DNA of 64,000 bases from assembly GCA_022572885.1 (NCBI GenBank), contig JACZVC010000003.1, positions 70,223-134,222 of the forward strand, in the 5' to 3' direction. Both the position numbers and the translations under genes were made by a program. This stretch comes from Pseudomonadota bacterium. Its GTDB lineage: Bacteria > Pseudomonadota > Gammaproteobacteria > Steroidobacterales > MnTg04. The notes under the pieces were generated by a model. It was not told the origin of the DNA. It saw nothing but the letters and a program-made list of their open reading frames with translations, and made no database searches. Of the stretch, positions 47,593-57,725 are shown piece after piece (the stretch's first letter is position 1; each line of letters starts with the position of its first letter).

Positions 47593-48987
47593 CTAGGCGC
47601 TTTGCGCGTGCTGCGCTTCGGAGCGTTCAGCTACGATACCGGCGCTTTGCTCCTGCAGCACATGGGTGATCTTCTTGCTGCGGCCGGTCACCAGCGTGTG
47701 CAGCAGCACCGTCGGTATGGCCACGGACAAGCCCTGAACCGTGGTCACCAGCGCTTGCGAAATACCACCGGCCATCAGCGTCGGATCGCCGGTGCCATAC
47801 AAAGTGATGATCTGGAAGGTCTTGATCATGCCGGTCACGGTACCCAGCAGGCCGAGCAGAGGCGCAACCACAGCAATGATCTTCAGGAACATCAGTGCCC
47901 TGGTCAGCGCCGGTGTTTCCTTGAGGATGGCTTCACCAAGCTTGAGCTCAAGGGTTTCCAGATCGGCATCCCGGTATTTTTGCGAAGCCAGCAATACCCG
48001 TCCGAGCGGGTTATTGTCGCTGAGTTCGTCAGACTTGAGTTGCCGATTGACTTTATTGGCGGTCAAGGTCAGAACAAGCAGACGCTCGAACGCAATCAAC
48101 AAGGCGACGACACCCAGGGCCATGATGATATAGCCAACGATACCGCCCATTTTCACCCGGTCGGCGAAGGTCGGGCTGCGCAGCAACAACGACAGGATCT
48201 GGCCACTCGTCGGGTCCAGGCCAAACACCACCTGGCCATCGTGTTTATCGCTCAGGTCCTCAGCCGAATCCGTAAACCTGGCCTGCTGCGGCTGGCGCCC
48301 CAATTCCGTCAGGTTGCCTGTCTTTGGTGAGTATTGCAGGTACTTGCCATCGGAGACTACGTTGAATACGCCGACCCTGACCACCTCGCGTTCTTCGGCT
48401 TCGCCGTTGGTATTGAGGACCGTGGTCGAGAAACGGACCACCCGACCCTGTTCGGTCATTTCTCTTTGCAGTTCGTACCACAGACGCTCGATTTCCTCGA
48501 TCGACGCCAGTTCCGAGCTGGTCCCCATCTTGGTTGCCAGAGCGCCCAGGAATTCACCGCGGTCCGGAAACTGAATGGAAGTCAGGGAATTATCCAGCAG
48601 CGCCATCGTTTCACCGGAAACCTGCTGCAGTATGCCAAACAACTCCTTCAGCGAGCCCAGGCGGCGATCCAGCGCGGCGGACAACTCGGAGGTGCGAATT
48701 TCGTTCTCGCCGAAAGTGTCCTCGAGTTGCGTGCTGCGGTTTTCCTCCGCAGTGCGTTCCCTGACTGCTCTTTGCAGCATCGAGCGCTGTGCATTACGCG
48801 CGTTGATAAAACGCTGTTCTCGTTCCCTGAACTCCCGCTGGTCGTTCACGCGTCCTTGTTCAACCTGCCGCAGCAGGTCGTCCAGGCTGGCGGCCTTGTC
48901 CTGGGCCAATGCGGCGCCCAGCGGCAGCAGGCAGAAAATCGCCGCGGCGACAATGACGGCTGCTGGTCTGCGCATGGAATTTTTCAT
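47593..48987 (-). CDS. MotA/TolQ/ExbB family protein with long periplasmic N-terminal domain (TtpC-like)
   Basis: 464 aa with a signal peptide, a coiled-coil-like N-terminal half, and a C-terminal ExbB channel motif (LGLLGTVTGMI). Confidence 0.85.
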   Translation of the reverse strand: MKNSMRRPAAVIVAAAIFCLLPLGAALAQDKAASLDDLLRQVEQGRVNDQREFREREQRFINARNAQRSMLQRAVRERTAEENRSTQLEDTFGENEIRTSELSAALDRRLGSLKELFGILQQVSGETMALLDNSLTSIQFPDRGEFLGALATKMGTSSELASIEEIERLWYELQREMTEQGRVVRFSTTVLNTNGEAEEREVVRVGVFNVVSDGKYLQYSPKTGNLTELGRQPQQARFTDSAEDLSDKHDGQVVFGLDPTSGQILSLLLRSPTFADRVKMGGIVGYIIMALGVVALLIAFERLLVLTLTANKVNRQLKSDELSDNNPLGRVLLASQKYRDADLETLELKLGEAILKETPALTRALMFLKIIAVVAPLLGLLGTVTGMIKTFQIITLYGTGDPTLMAGGISQALVTTVQGLSVAIPTVLLHTLVTGRSKKITHVLQEQSAGIVAERSEAQHAQSA

Positions 48988-49748
48988 TGTGCCGCCTCCG
49001 CTGCGTCAATCGGCAGCAGCAACAGTTCCGGGGCGATTTCCTTTCGAGCCATCCGCAGACCCTGGCGCACCTGGGTTCGGGCAGCGCCTGAATCCAGTTC
49101 AACGAAGCTGCGTGCCTCCTTGTCCCAGGTGCCGGTAAAGGTGCCGTCCATGGTTTGATATAAAAGCACGATCCGGCCGATCTGGAGAAATTCCACCTCG
49201 CGGGTGCCACCGGCAATTGTCAGCGCGTCCTTGTAGGTACTGATGGTCCGGCCATATTCGTTTTCAATCGTAAAAGCTTCAAAGACATTGCGGAATTTCT
49301 CGGCGACCGACACATCGGAGCGCTCCATCAGGTCGCGCAGTTTCTCGACCCTGTCCGTCCGCTCCTTGGCCAGGAACGGTATGTCCAGGGATATGAACTG
49401 CTCCAGCCCGTCGATCATGCGCAGCATCAGTGGCATGATCTGGCGTTCGATTATGGTTACGTGGTCGATCGATTCGGCCAGCTTCGCCATTTCATCAACC
49501 TGATTCTGGATCTGGCGGGCCATCAGGGCGTTGTAGACCTTGAGTCCGTCGACCTCCTTGTTGACCGTGTTGTACTGATCCACGAGCTCGCGTTCTTGTT
49601 CGACTATTTTGTCGACCCGATCCTGCGATGCCTGGGCCAGGCGAATGTTTCGCCCACCTGCGTCCAGAATATTATTGACGCCCTGGGCCTGCGCGACACC
49701 AAAACCCAGTGCCATCAGAACCAGGAGCCCTTTTAGATAGACCCTCAT
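48984..49748 (-). CDS. DUF3450-like periplasmic protein (TtpB-like)
   Basis: 254 aa with a signal peptide. First gene of the cluster, overlapping the next gene by 4 nt. Confidence 0.7.
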   Translation of the reverse strand: MRVYLKGLLVLMALGFGVAQAQGVNNILDAGGRNIRLAQASQDRVDKIVEQERELVDQYNTVNKEVDGLKVYNALMARQIQNQVDEMAKLAESIDHVTIIERQIMPLMLRMIDGLEQFISLDIPFLAKERTDRVEKLRDLMERSDVSVAEKFRNVFEAFTIENEYGRTISTYKDALTIAGGTREVEFLQIGRIVLLYQTMDGTFTGTWDKEARSFVELDSGAARTQVRQGLRMARKEIAPELLLLPIDAAEAAQ

Positions 49749-50013
49749 TGAATCATCTCCAGCTTTGAATAGCGGCTATATTCTTTATCTTTTTCAAGTA
49801 GCCAACAGCAGCCGACAGCCATTAGCTTCGTTAATTGCCATAAATATCAATGGCTTTCAGGCCCCCTTTTTATAGCCGCTCTGTCGTGCGGCGTACCGGC
49901 CAGCCGTTACGAGAATACCAAGCAGCCCTCGAAGCCCGAAAATACCATCATAGCGGGGAAAAAAACACCTCTCGTTCTATCGCCAAACCATATCTCGCTG
50001 CCAGGAACCTGGA

Positions 50014-50045
50014 GCAAAAATAAGCGGCCCCTGAAAAGGGGCCGC
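50014..50045 (-). terminator. rho-independent terminator after the TonB-dependent receptor gene
   Basis: The minus strand reads GCGGCCCCT-TTTC-AGGGGCCGC followed by TTATTTTTG. Confidence 0.75.
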
Positions 50046-50068
50046 CAGGGTCTTGATGATCGCACCGA

Positions 50069-53035
50069 CTAATCGAAGCTGAGTGCAACTTGCAAATAAC
50101 CGAACACGCCCTGCGCGTCATAGTTCGACGGATCGTAACCATTCAGCGAACAGCTGAAACAGGCCGGTGGATCCTGATCGAACAAATTCTGGACACCGAA
50201 CGTTATGGCCAGGTCGTTGGTTTCACCGAAGTCCGGCCGCCACATGACCTGCACATCGTTATAGGTCGTCGCCTCCAGATAATTCAATGAATTACTGTTG
50301 TTGGCCATATCAGGAATCGAGCACACCCCCTGGTTGGTCAGGCTGTCAGGCGAGCCGTCCAGGAAGTCGCTACAGGATTCGGTCAGGCCCGAAACGTGGC
50401 GCAGCGTCCAGGTCGCGCCCCAGTTGCCCTTCAGCCAATTGATGCCAAGGGTGGATTTCCATTTCGGAATACCCTTGTCATTGTCCTCAAGCGCCAGCAG
50501 GTCCCGACTCGTAACACCACCGGTAGAGCTGACGTTGAGCAGGTCAAAATCTCTGACGAAGCTGTTTTGCCAGGTCACCCTGAAGGTGCCGATATCGCCC
50601 TCCGGCCCCAGGTAGGTCAGATTGACATCAAAACCGTTGGTATCAATACCACCGATGTTGGTCAACTGGTTGGCGAAGCGATTGATCGTGCCGCTGCCGA
50701 CACGCGAGATACCGCTGCACAGCGCCGGGTCGTTGGTCTGCGCACAAACATTCAGCTGGGTCTGGGCATCGATCGCCCCGATCGCGGAAGTTAGTTCGAT
50801 GTCATAGTAGGTGACTTCGGCCGTCAGTCCTTCAATCCAGCCCACATTGTCAACCCAGCTCGGGCTGTATACGAAGCCCAGCGTCCATGTATCGGAGGTC
50901 TCCGGGTTCAGGTCCATGTTGCCGCCGGTGAGGACAGGAATCTGTCCGCCGGACTGCACAAAACTGCCATCCGCGGGCACGCCCTGCGAGATACAGTTGT
51001 TGATGACCGTCTGCGAAACACCCGTGTTATTAAAATCGGAACACGGGTCGGTTAGGGTCGCATCAAAACGCGATGCCGAACCAAACAACTCGCCGATACC
51101 CGGTGCACGGAATCCTTCGGAGAAATTGTAGCGAACGACAAAATCAGGCACCACTTTCCAGTATGCACCGTAGGATGCGGTCGTTTCCGAGCCGGAGGTG
51201 CTGTAGTCAGAGCTTCTGACTGCCAGCGACACGCTCAAATCTTCGGCTGCCGAGACATCGGCAAGTATCGGTACGTTGACCTCAAGATAAAACTCATCAA
51301 CGTCAAAACCGCCCGAAGTGGGGAGTGATGGTATGCCGGCGGACTCGCCAGCTACCACGATCGGATCAGGGTTGAAAGAACCGTCTTCTTCACGATGCTC
51401 GTAACCGGCCGCAAAACCCAGCGGGCCGGCGGGCAGATCAGCAATCGTACTGCTGACGTTCAGCGTGATATCGACCAGTTCCTGATCGCTGACGTCATGC
51501 TGTACAAAAGTGACAAAGTCGAGCATGTCCTGGGTGATCGTGCCCTGGCCGTTTGCGCCCTGACCGCCAAAAATATTCAGCGGTACGCAAGGGGCGGTAC
51601 AGTCTGCCAGCGGGCCCAGGGCCTGTTTCAGCTTGGCCGAATTGGCCGCACCCTGTTTCAGCTGAGAAGCCGAGTTTTTGGACCAGGCTGCGCCGATATC
51701 CCAATAGACCTCACGCTCGCCGACAGCGAAAGCACCATCGACGCGACCGGACAAGTACCAGGTATCAACGCTCTGCTCGAAAATACGCGGGCCGGCTTCC
51801 AGCGGCCGGCGGCCGATGAAAAACAAGTCCGGAAGCGTCGGATCGGCGTCGATCGTGAATCCGAACGGATTGAACGGATTGGTAACATCGACCGAGATCG
51901 TATCCATCAAGTTACCGTTACCCGCATCGGAGCCGATAAACCATGGCTCGGGTGCGGCCTGGTTGGTGGACTCGCGATGGGTGAATGAACCCATCAGCGT
52001 CACGTTGACGTTGGACGAGATCTGCCGTGTCGACTGGCCAAAAATATTCCAGCGTTCCGATGGCGTTACCACCAGGTTGAACTGTGAGAAATTAAACCGG
52101 TCGCCATTGTCCCAGGGATCGAAATTCTGCAGGGGGTTCAAACCGTTGACCCCGCAAGGATCGAGGGGATCGTATACGATCGTGCCCGATCCAGGGACCG
52201 TCGTACAGTTGATGAATACCCCGGTATTCGGGTCGGGCAATACGAAGCGGCCCTGCGGCGTTCCCGAACTGCCATGCCGGGCTCCCCCCGCGAAGGGCGC
52301 CGGGAACTGGGCGAGGCTGCGGGTAGACGCTTTGACCCGGCTCTGCTTGTAATAATTCAGGCTGATCCACGAAGACGAGTCTTCGTTCGTGCTACCCATC
52401 GTTATCGAGTATTCCTGGGTAACGCCGTCGCCTTCATCGAACTCGCCGTTATAAGCGGAAATATCGATTCCGTTCATATCGGTCTTGGTGATGATGTTGA
52501 CCACGCCGGAAATCGCATCCGAGCCATACAGCGGCGAAGCGCCATTTTCCAGCACCTCGATGCGCGCGATAACGCCCAGCGGAATGGTGTTCAGGTCGAC
52601 ACAGGACGATACGCCGGAGGCGGATGCCCCGTTGACCCAGCGAACTCCGTTGACCATCACCAGCACCCGTTTGCAACCGAGATGACGCAGATCGACCTGC
52701 GTCGAACCAGCGCCGATGCCACCGCCATCGGGCGGGAATCCGAAGTTACCGCTGCTGTTGAAACGGGTATTCAGTGCGGAACCGGAAATTGACAGTTGAT
52801 TGAGATAATCACCCAGGGAGGCAAACCCCGATTGCCTCATATCGTCCGCGGTGATCGTTAATACCGGATCTTTCTGATCCAGCGGGTTTTGGCGGATGCG
52901 TGAACCGGTAACGACGACTTCCTCAATCGCCCCTTCATCCTGCGCGAAAACGCCGGCTGTCGGTATTACCATGGCCAGTACCGCCGGCAAGACCAGCCAG
53001 CGCGTGACAACGCCGGCAGCAGATTGTTTACTCAT
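50069..53035 (-). CDS. TonB-dependent outer-membrane receptor
   Basis: 988 aa with a signal peptide, a plug domain ([12 protein letters not shown], and GVVNIITK) and a long beta-barrel. Confidence 0.9.
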   Translation of the reverse strand: MSKQSAAGVVTRWLVLPAVLAMVIPTAGVFAQDEGAIEEVVVTGSRIRQNPLDQKDPVLTITADDMRQSGFASLGDYLNQLSISGSALNTRFNSSGNFGFPPDGGGIGAGSTQVDLRHLGCKRVLVMVNGVRWVNGASASGVSSCVDLNTIPLGVIARIEVLENGASPLYGSDAISGVVNIITKTDMNGIDISAYNGEFDEGDGVTQEYSITMGSTNEDSSSWISLNYYKQSRVKASTRSLAQFPAPFAGGARHGSSGTPQGRFVLPDPNTGVFINCTTVPGSGTIVYDPLDPCGVNGLNPLQNFDPWDNGDRFNFSQFNLVVTPSERWNIFGQSTRQISSNVNVTLMGSFTHRESTNQAAPEPWFIGSDAGNGNLMDTISVDVTNPFNPFGFTIDADPTLPDLFFIGRRPLEAGPRIFEQSVDTWYLSGRVDGAFAVGEREVYWDIGAAWSKNSASQLKQGAANSAKLKQALGPLADCTAPCVPLNIFGGQGANGQGTITQDMLDFVTFVQHDVSDQELVDITLNVSSTIADLPAGPLGFAAGYEHREEDGSFNPDPIVVAGESAGIPSLPTSGGFDVDEFYLEVNVPILADVSAAEDLSVSLAVRSSDYSTSGSETTASYGAYWKVVPDFVVRYNFSEGFRAPGIGELFGSASRFDATLTDPCSDFNNTGVSQTVINNCISQGVPADGSFVQSGGQIPVLTGGNMDLNPETSDTWTLGFVYSPSWVDNVGWIEGLTAEVTYYDIELTSAIGAIDAQTQLNVCAQTNDPALCSGISRVGSGTINRFANQLTNIGGIDTNGFDVNLTYLGPEGDIGTFRVTWQNSFVRDFDLLNVSSTGGVTSRDLLALEDNDKGIPKWKSTLGINWLKGNWGATWTLRHVSGLTESCSDFLDGSPDSLTNQGVCSIPDMANNSNSLNYLEATTYNDVQVMWRPDFGETNDLAITFGVQNLFDQDPPACFSCSLNGYDPSNYDAQGVFGYLQVALSFD

Positions 53036-53498
53036 CTTGTCTTCCCCTTATTTTTTGTGTATCGAATACGGGCAGCCTGTGCCAGGCCGTCGCCCCTCCA
53101 AACCCACTACAATAGAATCGGACAATCCAAAATCCGATTTGTTGTATGTTTGTCACATACTTGTGTCCGATAGCATCCCTGGTCGGACAGTCAAATGCAT
53201 TGACCAACGTCAAGGCCTGTTAACCTTAACCCGATGTGGGGGGTATTGTCAGTAATGATTTCACCGCCCCGCCCAGGACAGGCTGTTGCAAATACCCCAC
53301 ACCTATAGCATAGACCAAAAAAACCCCACTTGCCCTTTCGCACGACGGCAGCAAGAAAATGCTTGAAATAAAGGGATAGTCAGCTTTAGGCCTTTAGGCG
53401 GGCCGGTCGTTCAACTGATCAGCCAGGTGTCTACCGGCCGCTACCGACGTACCCGCAAGGGATATCGGCAAACACCCAAGCGCACAGACGTTCTTGTT

Positions 53499-54032
53499 CT
53501 ATTGCAATTCAACGACCATCTCGATTTCGACGGCGATGTCAAAAGGCAATTCCGCCATGCCGACCGCGGCCCGGGCATGCCTTCCATTTTCGCCCCACAG
53601 GTCGATCAGCAGTTGCGAGCATCCGTTGATCACGGCGGGCATCCGGTTAAAGCCATCGGCAACATTGACCATGCCAAAAACCCTTACGATGCGTTTGACC
53701 CGCGACAACTCGCCGATTTCCTGTTTCAAAGACCCCAGCATGGCGATACAGGTGTAACGCGCGGCAAGTTGACCCTCTTCGATACCGATATCCGAGCCGA
53801 CTTTACCAGTGACATAGCTGCCATTGGGTTTTCGCGGCCCATGGCCTGAAAGAAAGACCAGTTTGCCGCTGGTGACCGCCGGCACAAACAGCCCCTCGGA
53901 CGGGCCCGGTTCAAACAGCTCGATACCCATCCCGGCCAGCTTTTCCTCCGGCGTTTCCGCCAGCAGCGAAATTGGCATCAGGAACGCCAATAGAAAAATC
54001 GTCACCTTGTACTGGCTCATTGCGCTCTCCAT
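53499..54032 (-). CDS. RidA/YjgF-family protein with N-terminal signal peptide
   Basis: 177 aa. A hydrophobic leader (VTIFLLAFLMPISLLA) is followed by a YjgF/RidA-like core (GKLVFLSGHG...AARAAVGMAELPFDIAVEIEMVV). Confidence 0.75.
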   Translation of the reverse strand: MESAMSQYKVTIFLLAFLMPISLLAETPEEKLAGMGIELFEPGPSEGLFVPAVTSGKLVFLSGHGPRKPNGSYVTGKVGSDIGIEEGQLAARYTCIAMLGSLKQEIGELSRVKRIVRVFGMVNVADGFNRMPAVINGCSQLLIDLWGENGRHARAAVGMAELPFDIAVEIEMVVELQ

Positions 54033-54056
54033 TGTTCAGGTCTGGCTTTTGCCGGC

Positions 54057-54488
54057 TCAAATATGGTCATCGGTATCGTCAACATCGACCTGGCCCGACA
54101 TTCTTCTGCGAATGTGCGACCAGGACATGCCGATGGCAAGCACCCCTGCCAGCAGGATTTCCACCAGCCAGGTCACGACATCGATATTTTCGGCCGAAAG
54201 CAATCCCCAATCCATCAGCAACCAGAATAAGGTCGCGAAAAAAGCGCTGGCCAGCACAAAACCTATAAACCCCAACGACCTCCGGCCCGCCCGAATAAAC
54301 ATCACCCAGCCAATCAGCATGACCACGCCGGAAAAAGCCTGCAGCGCACTGATCGAATCCGGCAGGCTTGCCTTCAGCCAGTGAAAATAAGAAAAACCCG
54401 ACGGATTAAAGGTCGCCAGCACCAGCGCCAACGATACGCCAAGCCTGATCAGGAAGCCGTTCCAGGTCAATTTGTGTGCCGCCATCAT
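54057..54488 (-). CDS. small polytopic membrane protein (possibly DUF6524-like)
   Basis: 143 aa with four predicted hydrophobic helices. The family name is from memory and uncertain. Confidence 0.55.
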   Translation of the reverse strand: MMAAHKLTWNGFLIRLGVSLALVLATFNPSGFSYFHWLKASLPDSISALQAFSGVVMLIGWVMFIRAGRRSLGFIGFVLASAFFATLFWLLMDWGLLSAENIDVVTWLVEILLAGVLAIGMSWSHIRRRMSGQVDVDDTDDHI

Positions 54489-54530
54489 GTTTCCTTGGTA
54501 ACTTTGAATACGTGTCGATGTCGCTTTTTG

Positions 54531-55517
54531 TCACACCCAGGTCGGCTGGCTCTTGTGGCGTAGATTTCGGTCCAGTTCCAGTTGCCGGTCCGCATGATCG
54601 ATTATTTCACCGGGCTCCTGCTGATCCTTAGGATAGGTCGCCATCCCCGCGTGTACGGCCAGTTGCATCACCGACCCCTTGGCATCGTAGGTCAAGCTGG
54701 CAATGCGTTCGCGGATCTTCTTAATTGCAAGGCCGGCGCCGGCATGATCGGTCGCCGGCAATAATATCAAGAACTCGCCACCACCCGCCCTGGCGAGGAC
54801 ATCGGTAGTCCGCATGATCTCTTGCAGGGCTCCGGCCAGGCTTTGCAGGCACCCGTTGCCGGCTTGCCTGCCAAATTTCTGGTTGATGGAATTGAGTCCA
54901 ACCAGGTCCACGGCAACTACCGAATAAAGGTATCCGTGGCGCTTGGCAAGTCGATGGGTGTGCTGCAGAAGATTGTTGAACGCCCGGATGTTATGCACGC
55001 CGGTCAGCATGTCCAGTATTTCCAGTTTGACCACCCTCTTATCAAGTGAATCCTTCTGTTCCCGCTGAAACATGACGATGGCCAGGGCAGCCACGCCCGG
55101 CAGAAAAAATTGCACCAGCTGGTAACGCGATGACCAGTCGGGTACTGCCACACCCTGGGACAGCAAGGCAAACAATAACAAGGCAACGAAAAAGACCGGT
55201 GGCTGGCGCAGAGCTGCCGCCAGCAAGGGCAGAACAACCAAACCACTTAGCCCGGCTGCCGCCCCGTAACGCCAAACTGCCAGGGAAATCACAGATACAC
55301 CGAGAAGATTTAGTAACGGCAGCGACCAGTCGTCATTCTCACTCCGCCATACCAAAGCGGCGGTTAGCAAACCAAAAGCAAAAAAAGCAGCCACCAGTTT
55401 GCCGCTGCCGCCTGTATCCAGGCGCAAAAATAAAAACGCGCCGAGCAAGGCCACGAACAAGGCGTGCAACCAGCGAATCTGATGGCGCGTTGTGGGTATA
55501 TCCTCTTTTTGAGTCAT
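54531..55517 (-). CDS. membrane-anchored GGDEF diguanylate cyclase
   Basis: 328 aa with about five N-terminal TM helices and a C-terminal GGDEF domain whose active site reads GGGEF. Confidence 0.85.
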   Translation of the reverse strand: MTQKEDIPTTRHQIRWLHALFVALLGAFLFLRLDTGGSGKLVAAFFAFGLLTAALVWRSENDDWSLPLLNLLGVSVISLAVWRYGAAAGLSGLVVLPLLAAALRQPPVFFVALLLFALLSQGVAVPDWSSRYQLVQFFLPGVAALAIVMFQREQKDSLDKRVVKLEILDMLTGVHNIRAFNNLLQHTHRLAKRHGYLYSVVAVDLVGLNSINQKFGRQAGNGCLQSLAGALQEIMRTTDVLARAGGGEFLILLPATDHAGAGLAIKKIRERIASLTYDAKGSVMQLAVHAGMATYPKDQQEPGEIIDHADRQLELDRNLRHKSQPTWV

Positions 55518-56398
55518 GGATTTGCGGACTTGATATGCGGGTCGGGGCTGGCCAATTCCCGGGCTGTCTCAGCAAGCGTTTGCTGCCGAGCTAATTCGCG
55601 CCCTTCCCGGTAGCGGATGACCTCCGGCACGCTGCTTAGCCTGACACCCTTCCGCAGCAGCGATGGAATAGCCTCCTCAAGAATCTCCATGGTCAATGGG
55701 TGAGGATGTGCGATAACCACTACGCTGCCTTCTTGCAACGCCATCCCGATCGCTCGGCTCAGGGCCTGCCGGATCGCATCTTCGTTCAGTTCATGATCAA
55801 GAAATATGTCTCTTTCGGTCGCACTGACCGCCTGCTCCCGGGCCACCTGCAAGGCCACGGTATGCGGAGTGGTTCTGCTGTCGACAAAAAACAAATCGCG
55901 GCTGGCGAGGATGCCCATCAGCCATCTCATGTGACCCGGGTGGCGGGTAAGCAAGCTGCCGCGATGGTTATTGACGCCCGCCACGAAAGGCAGCCAGTCG
56001 AGATCGTCGAGAACGATTTCTTGCATCGCTTGCTGGCTGGTATCCAGGGAAATGCCGCCGGGCTCCAGCTCCTCGCCGAATTCCGCCTCCAGCGGCAGGT
56101 GCAACATGACTTGCTTGCCAAGCTCATGCGCCCTGATAGCCAGTTTTCTGCCGAATGGCGTTTTCGGCAACACCGAGCAAGTGACCGGGCCCGGTAACTG
56201 CACCGCGCGTAGACCGTCTGCGTAGCGATGTCCCAGGTCATCGATGATGATCGCCATCATCGCTGGCGATGACTCATTGCCCGGAGATATTACGACAGAG
56301 CCCGCCGCTGCCATCGACACAAACACGAACAAGGCCAGTGACAGGCGTAATGGTCTCAGCAAACAGCCGGCATCAATTCTAATCCGGCTTTCCGTCAC
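55514..56398 (-). CDS. divergent polysaccharide deacetylase family protein (YibQ-like)
   Basis: 294 aa with MAIIIDDLG and NNHRGS motifs. Conserved position downstream of ctpA. Confidence 0.8.
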   Translation of the reverse strand: MTESRIRIDAGCLLRPLRLSLALFVFVSMAAAGSVVISPGNESSPAMMAIIIDDLGHRYADGLRAVQLPGPVTCSVLPKTPFGRKLAIRAHELGKQVMLHLPLEAEFGEELEPGGISLDTSQQAMQEIVLDDLDWLPFVAGVNNHRGSLLTRHPGHMRWLMGILASRDLFFVDSRTTPHTVALQVAREQAVSATERDIFLDHELNEDAIRQALSRAIGMALQEGSVVVIAHPHPLTMEILEEAIPSLLRKGVRLSSVPEVIRYREGRELARQQTLAETARELASPDPHIKSANP

Positions 56399-57642
56399 TC
56401 TGCCCTGCTGTTGAGAATTGCGCGCCTTTTGACCGTTGCCAGTGCGGTTCGCACGTGGTTGTCTTTCATCAGGACATCCGCCTCGATAGCACTCGTTAGC
56501 GACATCAAGGCAACGGTTTCCTCGTCATCCGAGGTGACCACAATATCCGGCATAATGCCCCGCTGGTGTATCGATTCGCCGGATGGCGTGAAATATCGGG
56601 AAGTCGTCAGTTTCAAGGCCCGGCCGCCGGACAGCGGTATCACTGTCTGCACCGAGCCTTTGCCGTAGGTCTGCGAGCCGACAATCGTTGCCCGATCCAG
56701 GTCTTTCAGCGCCCCGGCCACGATCTCGGAAGACGATGCCGATCCTGAATTGACCAACACGGCCATCCGCGCTCCCTTAAGCAGATCACCCCGCCTGGCG
56801 CGCATGCTAAAGCGCGCGTCATCCGCCCGGCCATTCGCCGACACCATTAGCCCCGAGTTCAAAAACAAATCCGCCACTTCGACGGCTGCATCGAGTACGC
56901 CTCCGGGGTTGTCGCGCAAATCCAGTATCAGGCCATCCAGCTGGCCTCCCGCTTCTTTCATCAGCTTCCGCAAGGCATCTTCCAGTTCGGCGCCGGTGTT
57001 ATCGCTGAATTGTGAGATGCGCAAATAGCCATAGCCGGGCTCGAGCATTTTCCCTTTTACGCTCGTTATCCGGATGTGGGTTCTCTCAAGATCAAAGCTC
57101 AGCGGTTCTGCCACGCCCGCACGGCTAACGACAATTTTGACCCGGCTGCCTGGCTTGCCGCGCATCCGCGAGATGGTCTCGCCCAGGTTTTTATGAACGA
57201 CCGGCATATCGTCAATGCTGATAATGATATCGCCACTGCGGATCCCGGCCCGTTTCGCGGGAGTACCGTCAAACGGTGCGACCACCAGGATCTGGTCATT
57301 TTCTACGCTGACTTCCAGCCCTACACCGCTGTAACTGCCTGCGGTATTGATCAGGATTTCCTCGTATTCTTCTGCGTCAAGATAGGCCGAATGCGAATCC
57401 AGACCGGCAACCATGCCGCGTATCGCCATTTCGATCAGCTCTTCATAAGCCACTTCATCGATATAATCCGAACGAACCTTGTGGAGCACTTCCGCGAACA
57501 GCCTGGTTTGATCTACCGGCATCTCGTCGGTCTCGTCCTCGACATCGTAACGATCCGCCAGGACACCGGAGGTAAGGGCCAGCGCAACTGAGAGGAACAG
57601 GCTGCCCAGCAAAACAGTAAAGCGTTGGTACTTTCGCGACAT
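56395..57642 (-). CDS. ctpA: S41-family carboxy-terminal processing peptidase
   Basis: 415 aa with a PDZ domain (GDIIISID), and the catalytic region GSASSSEIVAGAL...K. Confidence 0.9.
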   Translation of the reverse strand: MSRKYQRFTVLLGSLFLSVALALTSGVLADRYDVEDETDEMPVDQTRLFAEVLHKVRSDYIDEVAYEELIEMAIRGMVAGLDSHSAYLDAEEYEEILINTAGSYSGVGLEVSVENDQILVVAPFDGTPAKRAGIRSGDIIISIDDMPVVHKNLGETISRMRGKPGSRVKIVVSRAGVAEPLSFDLERTHIRITSVKGKMLEPGYGYLRISQFSDNTGAELEDALRKLMKEAGGQLDGLILDLRDNPGGVLDAAVEVADLFLNSGLMVSANGRADDARFSMRARRGDLLKGARMAVLVNSGSASSSEIVAGALKDLDRATIVGSQTYGKGSVQTVIPLSGGRALKLTTSRYFTPSGESIHQRGIMPDIVVTSDDEETVALMSLTSAIEADVLMKDNHVRTALATVKRRAILNSRAE

Positions 57643-57725
57643 AAGAGATCACTCGCACTCGTAGCCCGAATTTACCACATGGGCAGCGATTGCGGCAGCC
57701 AATCGTCGCCGCGAAAAGCGTCTAT

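Noticed and set aside
53070-53087. sigma54-type promoter (TGGCAC on the minus strand) before the receptor gene
   Set aside because: The downstream element is GC at the wrong spacing (GG-N8-GC rather than GG-N10-GC) and lacks TTGC.
53036-53498. Fur box or riboswitch (B12, TPP) upstream of the TonB-dependent receptor
   Set aside because: The best Fur-like stretch (GAAATCATTACTGACAATA on the minus strand) matches the 19-bp consensus poorly. I could not find a B12 box or other conserved riboswitch core. This cannot be excluded without a covariance-model scan.
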